Of a stretch of 64,000 bases of DNA, positions 1-8,000 are shown piece by piece. The DNA lies in IMG/VR virus record IMGVR_UViG_3300033066_001102, positions 10,614 to 74,613 of that record; one strand, 5' to 3'. Within the stretch, counting starts at the first letter, position 1, and the number at the start of each line of letters is the position of its first letter. Below the pieces are notes generated by a model. It was not told the DNA's origin. It did not search any database and saw nothing but the letters and a program-made list of their open reading frames with translations. Source of the DNA: a virus. Taxonomy: Duplodnaviria > Caudoviricetes. The position numbers were made by a program, and so were the translations under genes.

Positions 1-3
1 GTA

Positions 4-549
4 GTGATAATTGACTACATGCAGCTGATGCACATGCGTAGTATGAACAAAAATGCCAACAGGGAGCAGGAAATAACGGCCATAAGCAGGATTATTAAGA
101 CCGTAGCGATGGAAACCGATACGGCAATGGTGCCCCTTTCACAGTTAAGCAGGACAGTGGAAACCAGGGGCGGGGATAAACGCCCACAACTATCTGATCT
201 ACGAGAATCTGGATCTATTGAACAGGACGCAGATAGCGTATGGTTTATTTACCGGCCGGAGTATTACAAAATCATGCAGGACGCTAATGGATATTCAACG
301 CAGAATGTTGGGATCATTGATGTTGCCAAAAACAGAAATGGAGAAACCAAGGATCATGAATTTTTATACACTCCAGCACTAATGAAGTTTGAAGAATGGC
401 CAAGTGAATTGAATAAGAAGTATGAACCTAATGCCGATGGCAGAAAGGGAAAGAAAAAAAGAGCCACTGACATTTCACGCAGAGATTACACGGAAGCTGA
501 AAGGGATGATGATTCGCCGCCAACAGAAGATGATCCACTACCTTTTTAG
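4..549 (+). CDS. dnaB: Replicative DNA helicase DnaB, C-terminal part (gene begins before the window)
   Basis: DnaB motifs LSQLSRTVETRG..KRPQLSDLRESGSIEQDADSV and IIDVAKNRNGET; acidic C-terminal tail. Confidence 0.95.
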   Translation: MIIDYMQLMHMRSMNKNANREQEITAISRIIKTVAMETDTAMVPLSQLSRTVETRGGDKRPQLSDLRESGSIEQDADSVWFIYRPEYYKIMQDANGYSTQNVGIIDVAKNRNGETKDHEFLYTPALMKFEEWPSELNKKYEPNADGRKGKKKRATDISRRDYTEAERDDDSPPTEDDPLPF

Positions 550-569
550 TTTTAATTCTAAATTTACTA

Positions 570-884
570 ATGATGGGAAAATCCTTTATTGAACAGTCAA
601 AAATTCACTGGTATTTAAGTACAGATCATGAAGTTTATCCGGGTGATGACAATATTATTATTGGTTGCCTCCAACGAATTGCTTTAGCAACCGAGAAGCA
701 AGCAGCAGTAGCCGACATTATTTCTCAGAACTGGCAGCGATTAATGGATGAGCGGGATATGTACAAAAATTGGCATAATAAAGAAGTGGAAAGGACTGAA
801 ACATTGAATCGTAGGATCAGATCTATGAAAGGCGCATACACGAAACTTAAAAATAAAAACATATGTCAGACAAAAAAACCTTAA
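570..884 (+). CDS. Hypothetical protein, coiled-coil C-terminus
   Basis: ORF tightly packed in the + strand replication operon. Confidence 0.6.
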   Translation: MMGKSFIEQSKIHWYLSTDHEVYPGDDNIIIGCLQRIALATEKQAAVADIISQNWQRLMDERDMYKNWHNKEVERTETLNRRIRSMKGAYTKLKNKNICQTKKP

Positions 885-1096
885 CCGACCGCGAAAAGCT
901 CCAGGCATTTGCTCGTGAAGTGCAAACAATGCAAGCCATGCAAGACAGATATTTCAAGATTTCAAAGGAAGCAAGAAATAATTTAGCATCACCGGATCAG
1001 GTGCGAGAAGCACTTAATAAATCAAAGGCTCAGGAAGCCAGAGTAAGAAAACTGGTGACTAATGCGCTGAGTCTTCAACTTACAATCGGAGATTAG
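863..1096 (+). CDS. Hypothetical protein
   Basis: Overlaps the previous ORF and is coupled to the next; helical composition. Confidence 0.6.
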   Translation: MSDKKTLTDREKLQAFAREVQTMQAMQDRYFKISKEARNNLASPDQVREALNKSKAQEARVRKLVTNALSLQLTIGD

Positions 1097-1281
1097 TGGA
1101 ATATCTATACCACGGTGACCGCATCACAGATCCAAGGTTGAAGAAGAAAACCTGCAGCGCCATACGGTTAAACGGTAAGTGTATTCGGGGAACAATGGGA
1201 ACGATGCTGGTCCGATTTGAAGATGGCGAGAGAGCAGTAATCATTGCAAAACTTTTAAGAAAAATAAAATCATGTGGATAA
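1096..1281 (+). CDS. Small basic hypothetical protein (GTG start)
   Basis: Stop/start coupling on both sides. Confidence 0.5.
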   Translation: MEYLYHGDRITDPRLKKKTCSAIRLNGKCIRGTMGTMLVRFEDGERAVIIAKLLRKIKSCG

Positions 1282-2429
1282 TCCCTTCCAATCACCCGCT
1301 TTACTCTCAATTTGCACCGGATCTGGTGGACTCGAAAGAGGAATTGAGCATGCAACCGGCGCTGCAGTTCGAACAGTCGCTCATGTGGAAATCGAAGCCT
1401 TTATCATTGAAAACCTGGTGCGCCAAATGGAACAGGGTATATTGGATCCCGCACCTATTTGGACGGATGTTAAAACCTTCTTCCCATTTGCACACCACTT
1501 TCGTGGAAAAATTGACGGCATCGCTGCAGGATATCCTTGTCAACCCTTCTCAAAAGCCGGTGAACGAAAAGGAGAAGATGATCCAAGACACCTTTGGCCG
1601 TATATATTCAGAATCATTGAAGCAGTACGACCTGTTTGGTGTTTCTTCGAAAATGTCAGAGGACACCTCACAATGGGATATGACCAAGTTTACAAAGACC
1701 TTAGAAGTATTGGTTACTCAGTTGAGTGTGGAATATACTCAGCGCAAGAAGTTGGCGCAACACATGAGAGAGAACGGCTTTTCATCCTTGCCGTGGCCGA
1801 CTCCTACCGCATGGCAGAGCGGGGAAGAACCGGATACATTCGAAGCTCGCAGACTGCGCCTGAAAGAGAAATGGGGGAAAAAAACCGGGAACGGAGCAGG
1901 GGAAACATTGAACATATCAGTAAAGAAGTGGACAACACCAACGCTATCATCAGCGAAGCAGGGAGAGAACGAGCCCGATGGGAAACGATCGCAGACTTTG
2001 ATTGGTCAAGTGCGCGGCAGCAATTGGGCAACACCACTGTCCAGGGAAGTGAAGAAAGGATTCCAGACAAGGGCAGACAGAGAAAAAAACGGGCAGCAGA
2101 TCGGACTGATCACCCAAGTATTAGAAGCAGAGAACTGGGGAACACCAAGGAGCAACGAACACAAGGGATCGGGACCGAAAGGCAGCAAGGTACAGCAGAA
2201 GATGATGGATCAGCAATACCTGTCAGCCCAGGTGGAGGGTACAGATGGCCTGCTCCCAAAGGAGTCTTCCAACATCCGTGGGAAGCGCCCCGTCTTGTCT
2301 CCGGCATGGACTGCACAGTTAATGGGTACAACTTTAGAGAGGATCTTCTTCGCATGTTGGGAAATGCCGTTGTTTACCAGACAGCGGCCAAAGCATATCT
2401 TGACTTACTCTCGAAATTCAGATGAATGA
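1272..2429 (+). CDS. Alternative-frame polypeptide overlapping the C5 methyltransferase; probable beta subunit carrying motif IX and TRD-like repeats (true start uncertain)
   Basis: 385 codons without a stop; four WxTP...LxxxV repeats and a motif-IX-like LSPAWTAQLMG; resembles the M.EcoHK31I alpha/beta arrangement. Confidence 0.65.
   Translation: MWIIPSNHPLYSQFAPDLVDSKEELSMQPALQFEQSLMWKSKPLSLKTWCAKWNRVYWIPHLFGRMLKPSSHLHTTFVEKLTASLQDILVNPSQKPVNEKEKMIQDTFGRIYSESLKQYDLFGVSSKMSEDTSQWDMTKFTKTLEVLVTQLSVEYTQRKKLAQHMRENGFSSLPWPTPTAWQSGEEPDTFEARRLRLKEKWGKKTGNGAGETLNISVKKWTTPTLSSAKQGENEPDGKRSQTLIGQVRGSNWATPLSREVKKGFQTRADREKNGQQIGLITQVLEAENWGTPRSNEHKGSGPKGSKVQQKMMDQQYLSAQVEGTDGLLPKESSNIRGKRPVLSPAWTAQLMGTTLERIFFACWEMPLFTRQRPKHILTYSRNSDE
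1274..2425 (+). CDS. DNA (cytosine-5) methyltransferase, alpha-type polypeptide (motifs I-VIII and X)
   Basis: Motif I LSICTGSGG, IV GYPCQPFS, VI FFENVRG, VIII HERERLFILA, X LGNAVV; no canonical motif IX seen in this frame. Confidence 0.93.
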   Translation: MDNPFQSPALLSICTGSGGLERGIEHATGAAVRTVAHVEIEAFIIENLVRQMEQGILDPAPIWTDVKTFFPFAHHFRGKIDGIAAGYPCQPFSKAGERKGEDDPRHLWPYIFRIIEAVRPVWCFFENVRGHLTMGYDQVYKDLRSIGYSVECGIYSAQEVGATHERERLFILAVADSYRMAERGRTGYIRSSQTAPEREMGEKNRERSRGNIEHISKEVDNTNAIISEAGRERARWETIADFDWSSARQQLGNTTVQGSEERIPDKGRQRKKRAADRTDHPSIRSRELGNTKEQRTQGIGTERQQGTAEDDGSAIPVSPGGGYRWPAPKGVFQHPWEAPRLVSGMDCTVNGYNFREDLLRMLGNAVVYQTAAKAYLDLLSKFR

Positions 2430-2635
2430 ACTACGAATGGAAGCCATTTAACAAATGTCCTGATTGCGATGAAATGATTCAGGCAGGAATCAAGTTCATG
2501 ATAGACCATCAAGTTGAAAAGCATGGACTACAGGAACGTACCAATACATTGATCAATGCAAGAACTTTAAAGGGTAGCGAATTAACCATTGATGAAGCAC
2601 TGACAGTAATAGGGAAAAATGAGCACCGAAAATAA
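2426..2635 (+). CDS. Small protein with a possible C2H2 zinc finger
   Basis: CPDC...HQVEKH; start overlaps the upstream stops. Confidence 0.5.
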   Translation: MNYEWKPFNKCPDCDEMIQAGIKFMIDHQVEKHGLQERTNTLINARTLKGSELTIDEALTVIGKNEHRK

Positions 2636-2709
2636 ATTCCATTTTTCCCCACATAATATGAGAAACGTAGTCCACCATATCAATTCGAACGCATCTTAAT
2701 CAAGCTACT

Positions 2710-3162
2710 ATGAGCAAGCAGAACGTAAAATGGTCGCAGGAGGAATACAAGCAATGGCTACAGCGCACTGCTGAACAGCACCTCAATCACAACAACCAAT
2801 CGGTGCAAAATATCGAAAACAAACAGCCTGAAAAAAAATCCAAGTATTTCAACAAAAAAGTGGAAATCAATGGTGAATTGATCGACTCCAAAAAAGAGGC
2901 CGGTGTGTACATGAAGCTCCTTATGAAACAACGAGCAGGACTGATCACCAATCTGGAGCGCCAAGTACGATTCGATTACACCATTACCTTTGCAGCAAAT
3001 GGGAAAGAATGGAAGAAAACCGGATTTTATCGCGCCGACTTCACCTACAACGAAAACGGACAATTTATTGTTGCTGATGCAAAGGGTATGCGCACGGCTG
3101 AGTACAACAGAAAAAAGAAAATAATGAAAAAACTTTACAACATTGAAATCTTAGAACTATGA
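2710..3162 (+). CDS. DUF1064-family phage nuclease-like protein
   Basis: SKYFNKKVEING...DSKKEA, LERQVRF, YRADFTY, VADAKG.RTAEY.RKKK. Confidence 0.85.
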   Translation: MSKQNVKWSQEEYKQWLQRTAEQHLNHNNQSVQNIENKQPEKKSKYFNKKVEINGELIDSKKEAGVYMKLLMKQRAGLITNLERQVRFDYTITFAANGKEWKKTGFYRADFTYNENGQFIVADAKGMRTAEYNRKKKIMKKLYNIEILEL

Positions 3163-3440
3163 AAACAATCATCACCTACCTTGTATTTGTCGCACTCGCA
3201 GCCCTGGTCTGCGTATTCGGATTCATCGGCATCCTCTGGTGGCTTGCCTTAGTATCAGTAGTCATATTCGTCGTGGACTACGTTTGGCCGTACCTTCAGA
3301 TGAAGTATTATCTATGGAAAGCAAAGTCGAAAATCAATCATGTTTTGAATCACTCAAAAGATATTGATCCTGAAATAAGTGACATTTTAAGAGACTGTTT
3401 ACAATTCATTGATGAAATCAATAGTGAAACAAAACTATGA
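3159..3440 (+). CDS. Hypothetical membrane protein
   Basis: Two hydrophobic N-terminal segments; ATGA overlap. Confidence 0.6.
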   Translation: MKTIITYLVFVALAALVCVFGFIGILWWLALVSVVIFVVDYVWPYLQMKYYLWKAKSKINHVLNHSKDIDPEISDILRDCLQFIDEINSETKL

Positions 3441-3841
3441 TAGATCAATTATCCGAAATCTACCACGGCTGGATGAACTGGCTCAACCATGATAGTCTAT
3501 CCGATGACATGCGCCGTGTAGCCAAACTTCGGCTGCAGTCCTGCTCCAAATGCGAGTACTCAAAGGAACGATGGGTAAAAAAGGTATGGGACCAGATAAC
3601 CGGAAAAAAAGAGCGCCGTTTTACCGGATATAAATGTGAAATATGCACCTGTCCGCTTGATCAAAAATCCGTTTCATGGGCTTCACAATGTCCGCTTCCG
3701 GAATATGACGGCAAGTTATACCCGCAAATAAAGCGATGGGGAAAGGTTCAATTTGATAGCGAGGGTAAGGTAGTAGGTGGCGACAATGTATATGTTACCG
3801 CTTTATCAACTTCTCTTGAATCCTTAACGCCTGAGAAGTAG
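3437..3841 (+). CDS. Cys-rich putative Zn-binding phage protein; last + strand gene before convergence
   Basis: CSKC...CEICTCP...CP motifs. Confidence 0.7.
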   Translation: MIDQLSEIYHGWMNWLNHDSLSDDMRRVAKLRLQSCSKCEYSKERWVKKVWDQITGKKERRFTGYKCEICTCPLDQKSVSWASQCPLPEYDGKLYPQIKRWGKVQFDSEGKVVGGDNVYVTALSTSLESLTPEK

Positions 3842-4208
3842 CCAGATGTAAATTCATTGGTGCATTGCCGGCGCCATGAAAATACATTACCCAATTAGTA
3901 ATTTCCCTCCTAACCGTATATGGACGTAGTAAGTTGATGTTTTCCAAGTTTATAGCACGAGGTCTGGATAGATTAATATTCTGCTGATATTCCCATGTAT
4001 CCACAAGCATGAAGCCGGTACGCTCGCAGAAGTCCCGTAGCGGGATCAGCGCGTGTACCGGCTTAGAACTGCCAACCATAAATATCTTGATGCTGTTTTC
4101 ATCGGGCATCCCGCCAATCAGCCACGGTTCAGCGTAGTTGATCTGGCTTAGCCTTATCATACAGTCCATCTTTACTGTGTCGATAATCGCACTATATATC
4201 AAGAACAT
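3795..4208 (-). CDS. Hypothetical protein with LytTR-like sequence pattern
   Basis: IRLSQINYAE and INLENI resemble LytTR strands; similarity judged by eye only. Confidence 0.4.
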   Translation of the reverse strand: MFLIYSAIIDTVKMDCMIRLSQINYAEPWLIGGMPDENSIKIFMVGSSKPVHALIPLRDFCERTGFMLVDTWEYQQNINLSRPRAINLENINLLRPYTVRREITNWVMYFHGAGNAPMNLHLATSQALRIQEKLIKR

Positions 4209-4221
4209 GGCAGGTTGTTTT

Positions 4222-4821
4222 TTATTTAATGCAATACTGCAAGAACGGCTGCACCCTCTGGCAATTCTTAAACAGGATCCTTGCCTCTGTAAGGCGCTCC
4301 TGCGTGAATCCAGGTAGCGGGAGTATCTTTTCGAACAACTCCCGGCTATGATTAAACTTACTTTTCATCAAAGTCTTGTTACTCTCCATGAGCATCTCGA
4401 ACTTAGCCTGGCGATCCTCTGCCAATGCTTTTTTTTGTTCATCCGAAACTTCAATCTTTGATTTCTTTTGCGGCTTCAAGACGTAAGCATTGCGCTCTCC
4501 ATCATAAACAAACCCAAGCCCTTCCGCATACTTTCTGCGGGCCTCGTTGTAGGGATTGTATTTACGCCGCATCCAGGCAATAGCCCTGCTTAATTCTACT
4601 TCCAGATCAATAGGCAGGGACCTGATTGTTTCCCCGTTTATATCCCTGGATACATTCTCCTGTACTTCCAGGACACTATTGAACAGTTCTTCAAATTCTT
4701 CAAACAGGAAATCCTCCTTAAGGTTACGTTCTTCCCGGTTGTCCAGGCTTTCCACCATATCCATAATGGACGCCTGTGCAATGTCATCCGACATGCTTAC
4801 TACTTTAGATTCGTCTTCCAT
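4222..4821 (-). CDS. Hypothetical acidic helical protein
   Basis: 199-aa ORF in the - strand operon. Confidence 0.7.
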   Translation of the reverse strand: MEDESKVVSMSDDIAQASIMDMVESLDNREERNLKEDFLFEEFEELFNSVLEVQENVSRDINGETIRSLPIDLEVELSRAIAWMRRKYNPYNEARRKYAEGLGFVYDGERNAYVLKPQKKSKIEVSDEQKKALAEDRQAKFEMLMESNKTLMKSKFNHSRELFEKILPLPGFTQERLTEARILFKNCQRVQPFLQYCIK

Positions 4822-4852
4822 GAGTGTACATTTATTAAAGTGAAAAAATAAA

Positions 4853-5692
4853 TTATGGCTTGGGAGTCTTAATCTTCAACCTGCTGTAAAAGGTTGGTAT
4901 GATCCCATAGTCGGGATTGTAATAGATATCGTCATGCTCCCCTAGCGTGTGGTCGCTAAGTGGATAGATTTTGATCAGGGAAGGAATACCTGCCGCGAAC
5001 TGCGCCTCATAAGTTTCCTGTGCTGACTTAACCGGAATAAGCGGATCCAAGGCTCCGTTATAGAAATTGTTTGGAACCCCGGTGCTGTTGATAAGATAAA
5101 AGTAAGAACCAACTGCCGCCCCGGATAATGAAGCGGTACCTATAAGGCTGCCTTTGATTTTGGGTATCTTATATCCATCATAGAATGGAATCCCGGTGTT
5201 GTTAGCTGTAATACCGGCATTGATCCAGGTGATGCCACCGGCGCTTGTCCCAACGCCGAAGATTTCTTTACGCTTGATACCGTATGCAGTGGCATTCTCA
5301 CGCAGAAACCGGATCAGTTCATACGTCTTGATCACCGACTCCTTTTGCTCTTGCTCGGTGAAGCCGTCTCCAACAGTAAGTTTGTACTGAGCAGCCACGG
5401 TAACATAACCCAGCTGCACGATTTCGGTGCATATGTTATTAAGCTTGCTGATATCAGTCGTTCCACCGCCTGTATAGAAAATCATCACCGGGCGTTTATC
5501 TTCTGTATCATGCGCCGGCATATAGATTTTGTACTTGTACCCTGGCTGATATTCACCAAAGTCCGTAGTCCATTCAGTAAATACCGGATCGAGATAGCGA
5601 ACAGGTTCAGGAGTGGTCGCTGTTAATGAAGTTTGTGCAAACGCAAGGCCGCTGCAGCATGTAAGTAGCAGGGCTAACAAGAGATTTTTCAT
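4853..5692 (-). CDS. Secreted alpha/beta-hydrolase (esterase/lipase)
   Basis: Signal peptide MKNLLLALLLTCCSGLAFA; nucleophile elbow GTSAGG; candidate Asp (GALDP) and His (SDHT); GGG oxyanion-like motif. Confidence 0.85.
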   Translation of the reverse strand: MKNLLLALLLTCCSGLAFAQTSLTATTPEPVRYLDPVFTEWTTDFGEYQPGYKYKIYMPAHDTEDKRPVMIFYTGGGTTDISKLNNICTEIVQLGYVTVAAQYKLTVGDGFTEQEQKESVIKTYELIRFLRENATAYGIKRKEIFGVGTSAGGITWINAGITANNTGIPFYDGYKIPKIKGSLIGTASLSGAAVGSYFYLINSTGVPNNFYNGALDPLIPVKSAQETYEAQFAAGIPSLIKIYPLSDHTLGEHDDIYYNPDYGIIPTFYSRLKIKTPKP

Positions 5693-5729
5693 GATTACTT
5701 TGTTTTTTTTCGCTGATTAGATAAAACGA

Positions 5730-6020
5730 TTAATCTTCCTGCTGGATGGCTTCAAGCATTCCCCGGATATCCTCAACAGTTGCATCACCCTTTGGTCCCA
5801 GCAGCGCCTCTGCCAGATCTCCGAATGGGTAAAAGTATTGAACAAGCTCCTTGAATGCATCCGCTTTTTCCTTATCCGGTGTTTCATCGGTAAAGGACTG
5901 CACCTTTTCTTTGAGTGCAATAAATTCAGGGGACTTAAAAGTTTCTTTGATCTGCTTTGCAGCCTCGATCGCTTTTTTGATTTCGATTGGCATAGTGAAT
6001 GGATTTTGAAGGGTTAACAA
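5730..6020 (-). CDS. Hypothetical protein
   Basis: Directly downstream of the holin-like gene. Confidence 0.6.
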   Translation of the reverse strand: MLTLQNPFTMPIEIKKAIEAAKQIKETFKSPEFIALKEKVQSFTDETPDKEKADAFKELVQYFYPFGDLAEALLGPKGDATVEDIRGMLEAIQQED

Positions 6021-6572
6021 TTATTTTTCTTCTTTGACTGAATTGATCGTTTTTATCAACGCCTCCCCGGCTTTGTTTTTATAGGTGTCGATGTATTTGA
6101 TTGCAAGGAGAGCAATTTGCCCCTTTAATGCACCAACCAGCACCAGGTTTTTAAATGCGCTCAGGATCGTATTGAGCAAAATGAGCAGGTAGAAGCATTT
6201 TGAAATGACTGCCAGGATCGGGCTTATTGCCGGCCATCCAAGGGCATCATTTATCTTCGGCATGTTATAGGTTACTCCCAATAGAAACAAAAACGCAACT
6301 ACAGTAAATAACCAACTGGCAAACTTCTTGGTCGAAAACCCCTCTCCGTTTTTTAAAGACAAGGCAATTCCGGAAAACAGGTCCGCATGCAGAACAACGA
6401 TCAGAATAGATAGCGTCCAGGGAGGACTCCACATCCATTCGTTTAAAAAGTCCTGCAGCGACATGAAGGCTACACTCAGCAGTAAAATGTGACGTTCCAT
6501 TTTATTCAGGGGTTTTAGGAGTAAAAGGAAATTCATCTTATGGCCCCATGCATGTTTTAAATCGATTGCCAT
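6021..6572 (-). CDS. Putative holin (phage holin 4-like)
   Basis: Several TM helices, DLFSGI..S..NGEGFSTKKF pattern, basic C-terminus, position after tail genes. Confidence 0.7.
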   Translation of the reverse strand: MAIDLKHAWGHKMNFLLLLKPLNKMERHILLLSVAFMSLQDFLNEWMWSPPWTLSILIVVLHADLFSGIALSLKNGEGFSTKKFASWLFTVVAFLFLLGVTYNMPKINDALGWPAISPILAVISKCFYLLILLNTILSAFKNLVLVGALKGQIALLAIKYIDTYKNKAGEALIKTINSVKEEK

Positions 6573-6620
6573 CGTGCGGTAAATTTAAGATTAAAAATAA
6601 CTACCCCAAATTAGGTATGT

Positions 6621-6896
6621 TTACTTTTCCACCGATTCACTGTTCAAATGAATCTCTATATCCGCGATAAGAGCAAGTTTCTCCTTTATCTTATTTTCAA
6701 AATCAGCCAACTGAGAATCGAACTCCTTTATCATCTGGATCTTTGCCTCCTCCATTCGCTTGACTTCCGATTTCAGTTGACCAGGCGTAACATAGTCAAC
6801 TTTTAATGTTTCCTGCACAGACTCAATCCGCACCCTCCTGTCATCGGGTGCAACAGATGTGGATGCTGGTTCTACTGCTTGTATTTTCCTGTTCAT
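6621..6896 (-). CDS. Coiled-coil protein, possible tail-fibre chaperone
   Basis: Likely start ATG at 6896 (ATGA overlap with the upstream stop) rather than 6956. Confidence 0.55.
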   Translation of the reverse strand: MNRKIQAVEPASTSVAPDDRRVRIESVQETLKVDYVTPGQLKSEVKRMEEAKIQMIKEFDSQLADFENKIKEKLALIADIEIHLNSESVEK

Positions 6897-7996
6897 ATAG
6901 ATAATATTTGAAAAAAGTTTCCAGATGATCCTGCACCAGGCGCCGTAAAAATCCACCCGCTATTCCCGCTTACGTTTGTGCTGTTAGCGCCTGCGTAAAA
7001 TGTGGCGCCTCCGCTTGCGGTACTATCCTTTATGCTCATATAATCAACGCTAACCGTCCCGCTTGACTTACTAATGGTTGCGGCTGATCCGGCTGATGAT
7101 GATATCAACTTTGCCAGATTGCCAACGCTGCCATTGGTTGCCAAGTTAGTAATAGTTTGTGTAACACCTGCAGTAAGTATCAACCCGGTAGCTAACCCTG
7201 CAGTGTTGATATTCAGAGTGGCAATGGTATTGGCGCCACTAAGCACATTGGCATCACCGGAAACAGTCAGCGTAGAAATGGTATTGGCGCCACTAAGCGT
7301 AATCGACGCACCGGATAAAACAATCGTGTTAAAGGTAAGGCCACCGGAAGTAAAAGCCTTTGAAGTCCCGGAAGAATCGTTTACCGTTATCGTAGATCCG
7401 GTAGCAGTAAAGGTCAAATTTGTTATGGTCCCAAAATTCCAAACCGTCCCGGTAGAAGTCAGGGTAAGGCTGCAATTTGTCATTGTCAGCGTCCTGGTAT
7501 TGGAGTTGTTACTTACAAAGTTGCCGGTTGTAATAGTCCTGCCAGTAAGATCGAGGGATCCGTTGGTAAGTGTAAACCCCTTTCCTGTTACCATTGATAC
7601 ATTATCCTGCAGCACCCATGTCCCACCAACACCGTTAAACGTCCAGTTGCTTCCAATAGACAACCCGGCCGTTGTTATATTATGGCTTCCGCTTGTTGCA
7701 GTAAAAGTGATCGTGCCGGTATAGCTTAGTGTCATTCCGGAAACAAGCAACAACCCACCTGCGATGCTGATTGCCTGAGTGCCTGCTATCGTTCCGGTAA
7801 ATCCTGTAAGGATCAGATTCCTGCAGGTAAAGGAGTTCGTGAGCGTAACGGTAACGGCCCCGCTTGCAGCATCAATGTAAACGTCATCGGAAGCAGTAGG
7901 GATAGGCTGCCCACCGGCGCCTCCGGACGTTAACGCCCATTTGGTTCCTGCTGTTGCGTTTGCTGATGCCGTTCCTCCTACCCAATACAGATCCAT
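6893..7996 (-). CDS. Gly/Thr/Ser-rich beta-helical tail-associated protein
   Basis: LYWVGGT..W, beta-helix repeats (LSGANTISTLTV x2); likely start MDLYW at 7996. Confidence 0.7.
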   Translation of the reverse strand: MDLYWVGGTASANATAGTKWALTSGGAGGQPIPTASDDVYIDAASGAVTVTLTNSFTCRNLILTGFTGTIAGTQAISIAGGLLLVSGMTLSYTGTITFTATSGSHNITTAGLSIGSNWTFNGVGGTWVLQDNVSMVTGKGFTLTNGSLDLTGRTITTGNFVSNNSNTRTLTMTNCSLTLTSTGTVWNFGTITNLTFTATGSTITVNDSSGTSKAFTSGGLTFNTIVLSGASITLSGANTISTLTVSGDANVLSGANTIATLNINTAGLATGLILTAGVTQTITNLATNGSVGNLAKLISSSAGSAATISKSSGTVSVDYMSIKDSTASGGATFYAGANSTNVSGNSGWIFTAPGAGSSGNFFQILSI

Positions 7997-8000
7997 AAAA

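Noticed and set aside
7074-7724. 216-aa + strand ORF
   Set aside because: Antisense shadow of a Gly/Thr/Ser-rich gene; Val/Pro-rich with no motifs
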